DNA of 64,000 bases from TPA_inf: Saccharomyces (Eukaryota). The first letter of the stretch is position 1. Every line of letters begins with the position of its first letter. The notes under the pieces were generated by a model. It was given only the letters and a program-made list of their open reading frames with translations, made no database searches and was not told where the DNA came from. Below are positions 20,514-33,060 of this stretch, piece after piece. The position numbers were made by a program, and so were the translations under genes. The DNA is taken from NCBI GenBank assembly GCA_000146045.2, contig BK006948.2, positions 864,001-928,000 of the forward strand. Direction: 5' to 3'.

Positions 20514-23500
20514 ATGACGACCCAGCAAGAGGAGCAACGAAGTGATACCAAGAATAGCAAAAGCGAGTCACCTTCAGAAGTTTTAGTCGATACTCTCGAC
20601 TCAAAGTCAAATGGCAGTAGTGATGATGATAATATCGGACAAAGTGAAGAGCTATCAGATAAAGAAATATATACAGTAGAAGATAGACCACCAGAATATT
20701 GGGCTCAAAGAAAGAAAAAATTCGTACTTGATGTAGATCCAAAATACGCCAAGCAAAAGGACAAGTCCGATACGTACAAAAGATTCAAATATTTATTAGG
20801 CGTCACAGACCTTTTCCGTCATTTTATTGGAATTAAGGCAAAACATGATAAAAATATTCAAAAACTCTTAAAACAGTTAGATTCTGATGCAAACAAACTT
20901 TCCAAATCACACAGCACCGTCAGTTCGTCATCACGTCACCATAGAAAAACAGAAAAGGAGGAAGATGCTGAATTAATGGCTGATGAGGAAGAAGAGATTG
21001 TAGATACATATCAGGAAGACATATTCGTCTCAGAATCTCCCTCCTTCGTCAAGTCAGGAAAATTAAGAGACTATCAAGTTCAAGGCTTAAACTGGTTAAT
21101 ATCGTTGCACGAAAACAAACTATCTGGTATCTTGGCCGATGAAATGGGGCTGGGTAAAACCTTACAAACAATTTCATTCCTAGGTTATTTGAGATACGTC
21201 AAACAAATCGAGGGACCCTTTCTAATAATAGTACCGAAGTCAACACTAGATAATTGGAGACGAGAGTTTCTTAAATGGACTCCAAACGTCAATGTCCTTG
21301 TGTTACATGGTGATAAAGACACAAGAGCTGATATAGTACGGAATATAATATTAGAAGCTAGATTTGATGTATTGATTACATCTTATGAAATGGTCATTAG
21401 AGAAAAGAATGCTTTGAAAAGATTAGCTTGGCAATATATTGTTATTGATGAGGCTCACAGGATCAAAAATGAACAAAGCGCGTTATCTCAAATAATTAGA
21501 TTATTTTACTCTAAGAATAGATTATTGATTACGGGCACGCCTCTACAAAACAATCTACACGAATTATGGGCCCTGCTAAATTTCTTATTACCTGATATAT
21601 TTGGAGATTCTGAACTTTTTGATGAATGGTTCGAACAAAACAATTCGGAACAAGATCAAGAAATTGTAATCCAACAGCTACACTCAGTACTAAACCCCTT
21701 TTTACTGAGAAGAGTCAAAGCGGATGTCGAAAAATCTTTGCTACCTAAAATCGAAACGAATGTTTACGTGGGGATGACAGACATGCAAATACAATGGTAT
21801 AAATCATTATTAGAGAAGGATATAGACGCTGTTAACGGTGCTGTTGGAAAAAGAGAAGGCAAAACGAGGTTACTGAATATTGTTATGCAATTAAGGAAAT
21901 GCTGTAATCATCCATATCTTTTTGAAGGCGCAGAACCTGGACCTCCATACACTACCGATGAACATTTGATTTTCAATTCCGGGAAAATGATTATATTAGA
22001 TAAGTTACTGAAAAGACTGAAGGAAAAGGGATCTAGAGTATTGATTTTCAGTCAAATGTCGAGACTATTGGATATCTTAGAAGATTATTGCTATTTTAGA
22101 GATTTTGAATATTGCAGAATCGACGGTTCTACTAGCCATGAAGAACGTATAGAAGCTATCGATGAGTATAATAAACCTAATTCTGAAAAGTTCGTTTTTT
22201 TGCTAACAACACGTGCCGGTGGTTTAGGTATTAACCTTGTCACAGCCGACACTGTTATTCTTTTTGATTCTGATTGGAACCCTCAAGCTGATCTACAAGC
22301 AATGGATAGAGCGCATAGAATTGGTCAAAAGAAACAAGTTCATGTTTATAGATTTGTCACAGAAAATGCTATTGAAGAGAAAGTCATTGAGCGTGCCGCA
22401 CAAAAGCTGAGACTAGACCAGTTGGTTATCCAACAGGGCACGGGCAAGAAAACTGCATCTCTTGGTAACTCAAAGGATGATCTGTTGGATATGATTCAAT
22501 TTGGCGCTAAAAATATGTTTGAAAAGAAAGCAAGTAAAGTCACTGTTGATGCTGATATCGATGATATTTTGAAAAAGGGGGAACAGAAGACACAAGAACT
22601 AAATGCCAAATACCAAAGTTTAGGACTTGACGACTTACAAAAGTTCAATGGGATCGAGAACCAATCTGCTTACGAATGGAATGGTAAAAGCTTTCAAAAA
22701 AAATCCAACGACAAAGTAGTTGAATGGATTAATCCTTCCCGAAGAGAAAGAAGAAGAGAGCAAACCACTTATTCAGTTGACGATTATTATAAGGAAATTA
22801 TTGGTGGTGGCTCTAAATCAGCAAGCAAGCAAACTCCGCAGCCAAAAGCACCCCGCGCTCCAAAGGTTATACACGGTCAAGATTTCCAGTTCTTCCCCAA
22901 GGAGTTGGATGCCTTACAAGAAAAGGAACAGCTTTACTTCAAGAAAAAGGTCAACTATAAGGTTACTTCTTATGATATTACGGGAGATATACGTAATGAA
23001 GGAAGCGATGCTGAAGAAGAAGAAGGAGAATACAAAAATGCCGCTAATACAGAAGGTCATAAAGGCCATGAGGAACTTAAAAGAAGGATTGAGGAGGAGC
23101 AAGAGAAGATTAATTCAGCACCGGATTTTACCCAAGAAGATGAATTACGAAAGCAAGAATTGATATCAAAAGCCTTTACTAACTGGAATAAGAGGGACTT
23201 TATGGCGTTTATCAACGCCTGCGCCAAATACGGTAGAGATGATATGGAAAACATTAAGAAATCTATTGATTCCAAAACACCAGAAGAGGTTGAAGTGTAT
23301 GCAAAAATATTCTGGGAAAGACTAAAGGAAATCAATGGGTGGGAGAAGTATTTACATAATGTAGAACTTGGTGAAAAAAAAAATGAAAAACTGAAATTCC
23401 AGGAAACTCTATTGAGGCAGAAAATCGAACAGTGTAAACATCCATTACATGAGCTGATAATACAGTATCCACCTAATAATGCTAGAAGAACTTACAATAC

Positions 23501-23876
23501 CTTAGAAGATAAATTTTTATTATTAGCTGTTAACAAGTACGGACTTCGTGCTGACAAGCTCTATGAAAAATTAAAGCAAGAAATCATGATGAGTGATTTG
23601 TTCACTTTTGATTGGTTTATAAAGACAAGAACGGTGCATGAGCTATCAAAAAGAGTCCATACGCTATTAACTTTAATTGTAAGAGAGTATGAGCAACCTG
23701 ACGCAAATAAGAAGAAAAGGAGTAGAACTTCAGCGACTAGAGAGGATACTCCTTTATCCCAAAATGAAAGCACTAGAGCTTCAACGGTTCCAAATCTCCC
23801 GACGACGATGGTGACAAATCAAAAAGATACAAACGATCATGTTGATAAAAGAACCAAAATTGATCAAGAAGCATGA
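20514..23876 (+). CDS. ISW2: ISWI-family SNF2 chromatin-remodelling ATPase (helicase motifs + HAND-SANT-SLIDE), 1120 aa
   Basis: The ATG at 20514 gives [11 protein letters not shown]... of 1120 aa. Walker A (DEMGLGKT) and DEAH-box-like (IDEAHRIKN) motifs are present. SANT/SLIDE regions are in the C-terminal half. Confidence 0.95.
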   Translation: MTTQQEEQRSDTKNSKSESPSEVLVDTLDSKSNGSSDDDNIGQSEELSDKEIYTVEDRPPEYWAQRKKKFVLDVDPKYAKQKDKSDTYKRFKYLLGVTDLFRHFIGIKAKHDKNIQKLLKQLDSDANKLSKSHSTVSSSSRHHRKTEKEEDAELMADEEEEIVDTYQEDIFVSESPSFVKSGKLRDYQVQGLNWLISLHENKLSGILADEMGLGKTLQTISFLGYLRYVKQIEGPFLIIVPKSTLDNWRREFLKWTPNVNVLVLHGDKDTRADIVRNIILEARFDVLITSYEMVIREKNALKRLAWQYIVIDEAHRIKNEQSALSQIIRLFYSKNRLLITGTPLQNNLHELWALLNFLLPDIFGDSELFDEWFEQNNSEQDQEIVIQQLHSVLNPFLLRRVKADVEKSLLPKIETNVYVGMTDMQIQWYKSLLEKDIDAVNGAVGKREGKTRLLNIVMQLRKCCNHPYLFEGAEPGPPYTTDEHLIFNSGKMIILDKLLKRLKEKGSRVLIFSQMSRLLDILEDYCYFRDFEYCRIDGSTSHEERIEAIDEYNKPNSEKFVFLLTTRAGGLGINLVTADTVILFDSDWNPQADLQAMDRAHRIGQKKQVHVYRFVTENAIEEKVIERAAQKLRLDQLVIQQGTGKKTASLGNSKDDLLDMIQFGAKNMFEKKASKVTVDADIDDILKKGEQKTQELNAKYQSLGLDDLQKFNGIENQSAYEWNGKSFQKKSNDKVVEWINPSRRERRREQTTYSVDDYYKEIIGGGSKSASKQTPQPKAPRAPKVIHGQDFQFFPKELDALQEKEQLYFKKKVNYKVTSYDITGDIRNEGSDAEEEEGEYKNAANTEGHKGHEELKRRIEEEQEKINSAPDFTQEDELRKQELISKAFTNWNKRDFMAFINACAKYGRDDMENIKKSIDSKTPEEVEVYAKIFWERLKEINGWEKYLHNVELGEKKNEKLKFQETLLRQKIEQCKHPLHELIIQYPPNNARRTYNTLEDKFLLLAVNKYGLRADKLYEKLKQEIMMSDLFTFDWFIKTRTVHELSKRVHTLLTLIVREYEQPDANKKKRSRTSATREDTPLSQNESTRASTVPNLPTTMVTNQKDTNDHVDKRTKIDQEA

Positions 23877-24519
23877 ATCATGTATTGTGCATTAAAATAA
23901 GTGACGTGAGAGATATAATTTTTTATATTACTTTTTCATTGAATACAATTAAACTAACGAGCCTTATAGACCGCATTATATAATGAACCGTAGCCACTTC
24001 TTGACCACTATCTTCAAGTTTGATAATGATAAATGACAGGTAATCATATTTCAGTCACCTTTTTCCCTTCAATGAAATGTGATATCGCTGCAAAAATGGT
24101 GAATGAAGAGGACAAATTAAGTCTAACTGGGTCGAGCCGCTTTAACTAATTCATATCCATTCTAAGATAATTGAACTGCTGAAAACTAAAGCCTGCTTTG
24201 ATACTTGTCATATTGTATTTATCTACAAACTTACATTAACAACAGTGTACTGAATTATAAGAGAGCAATTGCCAAAAAAGTCATTTAGTTAAAACTTCTC
24301 CATTTCAAGTTTCCAAGGATAGGTGAAGTGCTATCCCAGAGACTCCAAAAACATGCGAATATATTATTAAGTTTCAGTTGATTAATATTTCTAAACCATA
24401 TAAAAAAGCACGTATTTGGCACGATCTGTAGTTAATTGCAACCTAGTTACGCGATAGCACGCGTTTTCTTTTTTATGAATAAAAGCATTAGAAGTTTCCA
24501 TGTTACTACTCACCTGCTC

Positions 24520-24750
24520 TCACCGACTCATTTTGTTAAGCTTGTCTTCAATTGCTTGTATACTGCGTGAAAACTCATCATCATTTTCCTTCATTTGCCT
24601 CTGAACATCCTTTAGTGATTTTTCTATTTCATTTGCCAGGTCAAACACGGTTACAATATTTTCTGTATCTCCCTTTATTGAGTTAGTCTCAGATGTATTG
24701 GCCAAGGGAGCCTGTGGTTCCTCCGAAGCTTCCAGTTTTTCAGTACTCAT
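24520..24750 (-). CDS. BIL1: Small 76-aa protein (Bud6-interacting ligand)
   Basis: 76-aa ORF with a genuine ATG. Its length and position between ISW2 and RRG7 match YOR304C-A. It is an intrinsically short ORF, so confidence is lower. Confidence 0.7.
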   Translation of the reverse strand: MSTEKLEASEEPQAPLANTSETNSIKGDTENIVTVFDLANEIEKSLKDVQRQMKENDDEFSRSIQAIEDKLNKMSR

Positions 24751-24848
24751 TACAGTGCTCCTTCAGAAGATGCAAGTCACATTTACAATATCATTTAGCG
24801 CTAAGGTAAAATGTACCTGTAAGCCAAGCCGCTTCATTGGTTTGCTAG

Positions 24849-24872
24849 TTTTTTTTTTTTTTTTTTTTTTTT
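24849..24872 (+). repeat. 24-nt homopolymeric poly(dT) tract in the BIL1-RRG7 divergent promoter
   Basis: Counted 24 consecutive T at 24849-24872. Poly(dA:dT) tracts act as nucleosome-excluding promoter elements. Confidence 0.9.
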
Positions 24873-25021
24873 CAAATTATTTATCGAGGCCAACTGAAAA
24901 GCAAAACAACATGGTTGATCGATACATAGAAATTAACGACCAGGAAGCGAAATACTGCAGCAAATTTCTAAAGCTTCTTCCTATATAAAACACGGTAAAG
25001 AACGGTAAAACATGATAAAAC

Positions 25022-25750
25022 ATGATAAAAAACTATTTGGGACGAAGATGGCTCAATAATCCTGCAATTCAAGCATATGTGAAACAAAATGCTGCTGTCG
25101 CCCATTCTACGGTGTTTCAAGGAAATCTTTATGAATATACGGTGATGAGGGAGTTATCTGAGAAACTACGAATGACAAAGTTGAGAAAAACCGGTGGCGC
25201 CCATGATGGTGGCGTAGACATAAAGGGAAGCTGGCCAGTAGATGATATTTATTGGAAAATTTCATCGTTAATGCCCAATTTGGAAATGGCTAGTAACATA
25301 AAAAGAACGAACTCGCAAAATGGCTTCGTATTGAAACCTTTAAAGTATAGGATAATCGACCATACTTTTGAACCATTGAAAGTACTAGTCCAATGTAAGG
25401 CTTTCACTAAATCAAAATTATCTCCTAGAGAATTCCGTGAGTTAGTAGGAACATTCACCTCACTAGTATCACATAGTCAACGCAACAAAACAGTATGCAT
25501 TATGTGTTCCCCTCATATGTTAACAAAAGATACCTTAAATCTTATCAATAACATCACGCTTCCTCTGATATATTTACGTGTTGAGATGCTGAAAGAGAAG
25601 ACTGACGGGCACTTTGACTTAATCAATTCAGGAAAACTAATTAATTATTACGAGAATTCATACGCCTCTACGTTAATGCAAGATTGCAAGATTTCTGAAT
25701 GGCTGAAGTTGAAGTTGTACAAAAATAGTGACTTTAATTCGGAAAAATAA
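25022..25750 (+). CDS. RRG7: Mitochondrial protein required for respiratory growth; carries a restriction-endonuclease-like (Mrr_cat/PD-(D/E)xK) signature, 242 aa
   Basis: 242-aa ORF. The [12 protein letters not shown] motif (25196-25231) and IIDH...VLVQCK (QCK at 25391-25399) are visible. Confidence 0.88.
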
Positions 25751-25866
25751 AAAAAAAAAAAAAAACATAAGGAAATTTTAATTAAATAGTCTATCTACAC
25801 ATTTCCTAAAAGAAAATATTATTGCATTACTTTTTTGAAGATCTATAAAGGGCACTGTCTTACTTT

Positions 25867-27432
25867 TTAAAATCTGACCCACTTGAAGCCAACACAGTAT
25901 GCTCTCGAAATTATGTAGCAAACAGCGCTTACAAAAGTTGCCAAACCGCAAAAAATAATATAGTGTTGGTAATCGGCCGTTGTCTTGATAGAGATAATGG
26001 CACCTGTTATCGGAATGCCGACTAAAGTACCGAAACCGACAACGAAGTACATTGTAGAGTAACGTTTACCGAACTCTTCCGTTTTAGATATCTGGCCACA
26101 GCAAACAGGAAGTAAGGAGAAAACGCTTCCAGAACAAAATCCATATAGGGCACTAATAACGTACATATTTGTCAAATTGGTACCAAATGGTAACCAACCA
26201 ACAAACATGACGATAAATAGAGTGAGTAGAGTTGCAATTGCGACGTTAAACCTACCGAACTTATCGCTCAAATAGCCAGGAACCCATCTCCCGGGTATGC
26301 CGCAGACATTTATAATCATAATCAAGGTGTAGGCGTCATTAGCAGAAATTCCATGGCTGGTGGCGTATGATCCATAATAAGTAAGAGCTGAATTAATGGA
26401 TAACTCACTAAATACCGTTCCCAGGACACAAAAAAGATATTTCATATCCAGGAAAGCCTTCGCATCAAAACATTGCAGAATATAAACTCTGAGTATGTAT
26501 CTCCAACGTGACTCACCATCTTTGGAATTTTCGATAACATGTGGTAACCTCTCTTTGACTAAAATGATTGACAGAGTTAGCAAAGCCAAATCTAAAAATC
26601 CTAAAGTTCTAATGCCCCAAACAAATCCATAAGTTGGATCAGTGTCTGACTTCATAGAGAAGAAACTACGCAACATAATTGGGAAAACGACGCCACCCAC
26701 ACTACCACCAATAGTGGCCATTGCCAATGCAGTACCACGTCTCTTAAAAAAATAGTGGGCGGGAACACTTACTAGGGGACTCAGTACAATACCATTACCG
26801 AACCCGCAGACAATGGCAAAGGACAGTATGAAGTGCCAATATTTAGTAGAGTTGGCGGTAGCGAACAGACCGGCTACATGAAAAACCGTGCCCACAATCA
26901 TAATTGTCCTAAATCCATTTCTATCAAAGTAAGTACCACTAATGATACATGAGGCAGAGCAAACAAAAAGAAACAAAGAAAACAGCCAACCAATGGTAGA
27001 AACACTTTCACTGGATAATTGATTGTCCTGTAGATGACTTTCTATGACCCCCGTTGAGTTTAATAAACCAAAGCATGCAATTAGACCCAAGAAGCAACCA
27101 AATGTCACAACCCAAGCCTTGAATCCACCCTCCGGGAAGCTTTCAATTTCTTCATTGGAATCTTCTTCTTTGTCACTGTCGTGCGTGCTCGAGGTATTTT
27201 CACCCCAATGTGGTTGGCTTTCAATGTCAGTTCCTTTATTTACTTCCTTCTTGGTATACACCTTTGCCGACACCGACGTTGACGCGTAAGAGGCAGTAGT
27301 CTCTAATGACTCTAAATCATCAGCTTCTGGATCATAATGTATGCTATCCTCATCTAAATCAGGTTGCCGCAGTTGGTTGGTTTGTTCTTCTGGAACTATA
27401 GTGTCTTTAGGCGTTAAACTGTCTGAGCTCAT
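25867..27432 (-). CDS. MCH5: Major-facilitator-superfamily transporter (plasma-membrane riboflavin transporter), 521 aa
   Basis: 521-aa ORF with an acidic N-terminal extension followed by about 12 TM helices. Exact MCH5 length. Confidence 0.92.
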   Translation of the reverse strand: MSSDSLTPKDTIVPEEQTNQLRQPDLDEDSIHYDPEADDLESLETTASYASTSVSAKVYTKKEVNKGTDIESQPHWGENTSSTHDSDKEEDSNEEIESFPEGGFKAWVVTFGCFLGLIACFGLLNSTGVIESHLQDNQLSSESVSTIGWLFSLFLFVCSASCIISGTYFDRNGFRTIMIVGTVFHVAGLFATANSTKYWHFILSFAIVCGFGNGIVLSPLVSVPAHYFFKRRGTALAMATIGGSVGGVVFPIMLRSFFSMKSDTDPTYGFVWGIRTLGFLDLALLTLSIILVKERLPHVIENSKDGESRWRYILRVYILQCFDAKAFLDMKYLFCVLGTVFSELSINSALTYYGSYATSHGISANDAYTLIMIINVCGIPGRWVPGYLSDKFGRFNVAIATLLTLFIVMFVGWLPFGTNLTNMYVISALYGFCSGSVFSLLPVCCGQISKTEEFGKRYSTMYFVVGFGTLVGIPITGAIISIKTTADYQHYIIFCGLATFVSAVCYIISRAYCVGFKWVRF

Positions 27433-28730
27433 TATTTTTCTTTTTAATCTATAGTAAAATCAGAGCTTTTTAATCGATAGTATGCCCCCGTGATCTTAGT
27501 TATTCAGATCTTAGTATGTTTTTACAGATATAACCTATCCTTCACTAACTTTGAAGAGAGAATTGCTATTTGAGAATTTCCAAACGTACATCAAGCAGTT
27601 TATATATCTAGTCCCCGTAACTACTGGGAGATCTAACCAAATAGCTTCTTTATTATATTCATTTCTCTGAGCAAAATAGATATTTTTGAAAAATTTTCCT
27701 CTAGTTTCTTTTCAGAGATGTCTCTCTATTATTAGCCTCATACAATACCGCCTAGGGCGATTCAGCAGAACAGTAATTATTCCGCTGTATTTCTTTTTCA
27801 GGTGCCTCAAACGTCTATAGAACAGCGCGCAGCAGGTTGAGAAAAATGTCAAAAATTCGATCCTTTCCTATCTTTTCTTTTTCGGACGCCAAAGCGCAGT
27901 ATTCAACCGACGATGTTCGGGAAGCCACCCCCGAGATCATAATAACAGGTGCGTTGTGACTCTATTGTTAACACGAGGGAAAAGATGGAATAATTTTGGA
28001 GAAACACAATGTCGTTCTAGCGGGAAAAAAGGGCAAAACCAAAAAACACGGAGTCTGTCCAATATTAATTTGGTTAAAGCAGTTCGTATAACCAAACTTT
28101 ATTGGCATTGTCCGTCGACTAGTCTATTTTTATTTCTCTCAACCTTTCGAGTACTTGGAAAAAGGAGTAGATCCGCTTTCAGCAATCGAAGCAATAGGCA
28201 TTAGGGGTAGAGCAATCCTCAAAATCCTTGTGCCTCGACTGTGGGTTCTAGTATGATCGCTATTTTTTCTTATTCTTTCCTAGTTAAAGCAATAGTTGTT
28301 CGTTCTATAAGTTTTTCCGCGAGATCGTGGAAATACCTTAAAAAAGACGCGTGTATGGCTCCTGCATGCGAATCTTCTCTTTTGCTTTGTAATCGCATGT
28401 GAGATAATCAAGGGATTGTAGCCATTGTTTTCGAAAAATAATAAAATGACCGCACTTTATCCTCCACGGAGCGGAAGGCCATTCCCGTACGCATATTAAT
28501 GTAAATGAGATAAATAACCAAATAAGTACCGCCACATCGGATTTTTAACCTTGATATGGTGCGGGGGTGGGGTAACAGTTTAGGATCTTGAAGTAATGCT
28601 AGCAACAGAGGTAGTAGCAGTAAATAAGATAAAAAAGACCTTCGAGGGTTTTTTTTTTGATTATATATTTGATATAGTACTAAGTGTCCTACCTTGAATG
28701 ATGGTTTGTACTCAATAGTATTACTTCATA

Positions 28731-30092
28731 TTATGCCTGACGTCCATCTTTTTTGGAAAGCCCCCATTTGTCATAACCGTACAATCCGGCAATTGTCAAG
28801 ATAACACCAAACACCTGAAAAAAATTTAACTTTGTTTCCCAAAAGAGTGCCACGGATATAACAACAATCCTCTTCATGATGTTTGCTACCGAATAATTAA
28901 TGGAAGATAGTAAACCGATCAACTGGAAAGCAAGCATTGCTTGGAAAAAATGGGCTATTCCATGAATCGCTACAAGGGCTACTGTTTCTAGCGTTAAATC
29001 GTTGATAACGCTACCGCCATGCATTAATTCGCCGGTTAAAAAAGGTAATAGGGTTAAAGAAAACCCAATGCAGGAGCAGTAGAACAATATGGTAATCTTA
29101 TCCACTTGCAATGGAGAAAATCTTGTTTTGTCTAGACTCGGTTGCCCTTCCTTCGACGTGACGTCATCCGTAGAAGAAGACGGCAGTATTCCTACCTTCC
29201 TTCTGATGGTTAAAATATTCTTTGCAAAAATATTCTGTGCTACAAATATTATCATGGAAATAAAGGCAAAAAGCAACCCGATTAATGAAGATCCGCTTTT
29301 GTTATCTGAAGCCCTCTTACTGCCATGTGTTGACCAGCAAGTAGTCATAACGCCAAAAATTAAAAGTAACAAGGTATAATAAGTCATGGAATTGTAATAA
29401 CGATGTTCGAAAAATTTATAGTAGCCAACTGTTATTATTGGGGATAATGCCTTCACGGAATGCACTAGTGATACTGGTATCATAGATACCGCCTTGTGCG
29501 ATGTGATATGACCAATAAATTGGAATATTCCCATAGGGAAAGTGGTCATCAAAACCAGCTTTGAGGGAACTAAAAACTTGTGCAGGATAGAACTCCTGAA
29601 ATTGCCATCGAGATATTCAGGAAGGATACCGTCAGGGAAACTATTGAGTGCCTTTGAAAACTTCGTATGCTTCAAACGAGGTAGTCGGAATAAATTTACG
29701 ATGGAAGCAAATCCAACACATAGAACAGCACTAACAAGAAATTGCAATTCTGTGAGAGCTATGGGATGGTTGAAAGTTCTTAAAATGGCTTTAGATAGGT
29801 TACTTGAAATAGATGACGTGACGTACCATATAGAACAAATAATGGTTATTCTTAGGTCAACTTCAGGTAAGTACCCTTGTATATTACTAGGAAATAGTTG
29901 CGTGAATCTTTTTTTAAGGCTAGTAATATCATATCCAAAGACTTGATTACTGAATGTCTCCTTACTGTATTCTTTTTTTTGGTGTTGGAACCCCCCACGT
30001 GGTGGTTCTGGTATTTGATACAGTGATGGATCAAAGAGGTTTTTATGAACAGAATTACGTCGTTTGATCGCTGTACTTTGCGTTTGAATCAT
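28731..30092 (-). CDS. SLY41: Triose-phosphate/phosphate translocator-family membrane protein, 453 aa
   Basis: The track ORF extends to 30158. The internal ATG gives MIQTQSTAIKRRNSVHKNLFDP... of 453 aa, the SLY41 length. It is a multi-TM protein. Confidence 0.9.
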   Translation of the reverse strand: MIQTQSTAIKRRNSVHKNLFDPSLYQIPEPPRGGFQHQKKEYSKETFSNQVFGYDITSLKKRFTQLFPSNIQGYLPEVDLRITIICSIWYVTSSISSNLSKAILRTFNHPIALTELQFLVSAVLCVGFASIVNLFRLPRLKHTKFSKALNSFPDGILPEYLDGNFRSSILHKFLVPSKLVLMTTFPMGIFQFIGHITSHKAVSMIPVSLVHSVKALSPIITVGYYKFFEHRYYNSMTYYTLLLLIFGVMTTCWSTHGSKRASDNKSGSSLIGLLFAFISMIIFVAQNIFAKNILTIRRKVGILPSSSTDDVTSKEGQPSLDKTRFSPLQVDKITILFYCSCIGFSLTLLPFLTGELMHGGSVINDLTLETVALVAIHGIAHFFQAMLAFQLIGLLSSINYSVANIMKRIVVISVALFWETKLNFFQVFGVILTIAGLYGYDKWGLSKKDGRQA

Positions 30093-30623
30093 GTTAGGCC
30101 GGTATTGTTTCTCCTTTATAAAAACGAATGGCTCCTTATTAAACACTTTTATCGTCAATCCACTTACTCTCTAAATATCGTAAGCTTTGCATATATAAGC
30201 ATATAATAAAAATAGTTGGTATATGCTGCACGTGTAGTCTAATGTTCTTTTCTTTTTTTTCTTTATTCTTTTTTCTCCTCTTTATGAATACAGATATTCA
30301 ATTTTTTGAATATCTGATTGTTTTTATTTTCATTTCAATTTTTTTTTTTTTTCAATTTTTTTTATCCGATCGTTGCGCCAAGCTTCTATCGCTTAAAACA
30401 ATGACACTTCGCTGTGAAATGACACAATGGCTTGAGATTCAGGCACAACGCAAAAGGTCTTTACAAATGTATATCACAGAATATTAATGTTTGAAAAGTA
30501 CTTCCGAATTCAAGGCCACCACGTAGCCTTATACACCAAATACAATTATACACAGGTTTCAAACTTGAGAAAAACAAGATATTGAATATTAAAAGCTGGG
30601 GCTAGTAGAATTTGCTGATTAGG

Positions 30624-32387
30624 TTAATTGTCATCAAATTCAAACAAACTACCATTTTCAGGGGTATTTTTCCTTGCTTCAATTCTGGATTTCATTTTTG
30701 CTCTCTTTTTCTTGTTGCTTTTTGTACCATGAAATTTCTGTGACAGTTTTTTATATGCCTCCTTAGTAGTCAGTCGATTTCCCTTTTCGTCTCTGTAAAC
30801 CAGTTTTATGTCAGGATCATAATGATCTTGTCTTTTTGAATGAGTATTTGCATTGGAAGAGTCACTAGATGTGAATTGTTCCAGTCCGTGTAGCTTATCT
30901 TTTGTATAAGTGCCAGTGCCCGTATGCTCTTTATTTCGGACATCCCTTCGAAGTGATTCACTATTATTAACATCCTTTCCTGGTTTCAAATCGACGTCTC
31001 CTGTGGTGAAAACACTCTTTTTCCGAAGATATCCTAGTGTTGATGCAAGACCAGAAAAAAAGTTCGGTGCATTTTCAGCATCTCCCTCGTAGTTTGGTTC
31101 ATTATTAACTGCTTCAGTCAGTGTATTGTTTCCACTCCCTTCCTTAGTATGTCCATTGGTAACATCTCCGATATTTTTCTCTCCTTCACCATGCACTTTC
31201 ACTTTATTCTCAGTAGCACTTCGTTCGGAGAGACTGGTATCCAAAGTATTTAAAAAAGTTACCTTTTCGTCGACGACAATACTGTTGGAAATTTCACGCA
31301 TTTTCAAAATGCTTTCAGTGCGTCGCTTCTCTTCGTCTCTTGCCTTTTCAATTTCTCTAGCGAGGTCCTCTGGCCCTTTCAATTCATTGTTTGAGCTTGT
31401 TCTGGGATTTATTATGGTGACTGGCTGTTCTTCTTCCATCCAGGATAAACTTTCATCTTCATCTACTAACTTAACAATTTCCATCTTATCAGTAATTTTT
31501 GACTTCCTAGCTTTAGTAGATCTTGGGTCCTTGATCTTACGTTTTTTAATTTTTAAAGGTTTAAAGTCTCCACCATCTTCATCTGACATATTATTTGCGC
31601 TATCGAAATTCACTTTAACTTTTCCCGTTGGTGGTTTTGCTGATATAGTATTCGGTGCCTTCATAACACCCTGTTCTGCTCCGATGATTAGATGTGTAGT
31701 TGTAATTGAGTGTTTCTCTCCTTCTTCTTCTTCTTCAATATCTAAGCTAGATACATTTAAAATTTTTTTTTTTTGTCTTCTATCTTTATTCATTTGTCGT
31801 AATCGTAGTTTCTCTCTATCAGCGTTTTCCTCGGCAGCTTTCACATTCTCTAACACTTCGGTAGAATCAGTATCATCAAAAATACTGCTCTCTTTCAAAG
31901 TTAGAATCGTATCTTTCTTTGGGCTAAGCGCCTCGATATTATATGATACTTGAACATTATGCAGATCAATATTTTCGTCTTCCTTCGTGGCGCCTTTTCT
32001 TGGCAATGTGCTGGAACGTTTGGATTCATGTGAGGAAGGAATTGCATCCATGTTTTCTAGCCATGAACTGTCGTCATTTACATTAGTTTCTTCGAGAAGG
32101 TGCGCCATTCGTAAAGGAGCGTTCGCCTTTTTTTGAAACTTTGTTATCTTCTCTCGAAGTTCATCGATTTTGGATGTGTTATGTACATTAGGGGGAGAAG
32201 AATTGAAATTTTGTTGGGGTGGGATAAGTTTTAGGCCAAGGGACGCCCTCAACTCATTCGTCTCTTCGATTGACAAAGACTCTTTATGGTCTGTATTCTT
32301 TTCTTGAAAAACTGGAATAGGTTTCATACCCAGCTTTTCCCTTATTTCATTTGTCTCCTCAATAGAAAGGTTTTCCGTTTTGTTCAT
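30624..32387 (-). CDS. SNU66: U4/U6.U5 tri-snRNP component (SART-1 family), 587 aa
   Basis: 587-aa hydrophilic ORF with charged low-complexity stretches. The N-terminal duplicated motif LSIEETNE(I/L)R..LG(M/L)K(P/L)IP is visible. Confidence 0.9.
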   Translation of the reverse strand: MNKTENLSIEETNEIREKLGMKPIPVFQEKNTDHKESLSIEETNELRASLGLKLIPPQQNFNSSPPNVHNTSKIDELREKITKFQKKANAPLRMAHLLEETNVNDDSSWLENMDAIPSSHESKRSSTLPRKGATKEDENIDLHNVQVSYNIEALSPKKDTILTLKESSIFDDTDSTEVLENVKAAEENADREKLRLRQMNKDRRQKKKILNVSSLDIEEEEEGEKHSITTTHLIIGAEQGVMKAPNTISAKPPTGKVKVNFDSANNMSDEDGGDFKPLKIKKRKIKDPRSTKARKSKITDKMEIVKLVDEDESLSWMEEEQPVTIINPRTSSNNELKGPEDLAREIEKARDEEKRRTESILKMREISNSIVVDEKVTFLNTLDTSLSERSATENKVKVHGEGEKNIGDVTNGHTKEGSGNNTLTEAVNNEPNYEGDAENAPNFFSGLASTLGYLRKKSVFTTGDVDLKPGKDVNNSESLRRDVRNKEHTGTGTYTKDKLHGLEQFTSSDSSNANTHSKRQDHYDPDIKLVYRDEKGNRLTTKEAYKKLSQKFHGTKSNKKKRAKMKSRIEARKNTPENGSLFEFDDN

Positions 32388-32824
32388 AAATTAATTAAGG
32401 GTTGATGTGATGATTGCCTTTTTATTAATATCAAATAGTAACGATTGCACCATCTCATCCTTTGCTCACTTTCAAAAATTTTGTATATCTTTTTCGTCCC
32501 GCGAATAATTTTAAGTTGCGCAGTTCACGATATGAATACCTATAACTGCTAATGGTACAAATTTTTTAAAGGTTAAACAAAACTTTTAATGATATAAAGT
32601 ACCTAAAACTATGTAAACATAAATTATGTATACTATTTCAAATATATCACCTAAAAAAAATAATAAGTTCAATTCAATATGGGCGTACAGCACTAATTTA
32701 CAGATTATGGAATAAAATATGAAATGAGAAATAGGTTAAGCATTGGATAATTATAGAAAATTTTCTAAATCCAAATAAAAGGGAACGCGAGGGGTCACTA
32801 ATTATTAAAATGTAAAATGCATCC

Positions 32825-33060
32825 TTATTTCTTCTCTTTCTTCTCTTTCTTGGACTTCTTTTCCTTCTTCTCTTTCTTCTCTTTCTTCTCCTTCTTTTCC
32901 TTCTTTTCCTTCTTTTCCTTCTTGTCCTTCTTTTCCTTCTTAGCTTTTTTAGAATCCTTGGAATCTTCATCATCGTCTCTCTTTCTCTTCTTTTCTTTCT
33001 TTTCTTTCTTTTCTTCCTCTTCATCATCAGAATCGGATTCAGAATCAGAAGCAGCCTTTG
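32825..33060 (-). repeat. NOP58: Low-complexity coding repeat (AAG/GAA-rich; 6-9-nt periodic units) encoding the NOP58 KKE/D tail
   Basis: Plus strand reads ttcttctctttcttctctttcttggacttcttttccttcttc.... This generates shadow ORFs in other frames and strands (YOR309C; poly-FFS ORF 32817..33083 +). Confidence 0.85.
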
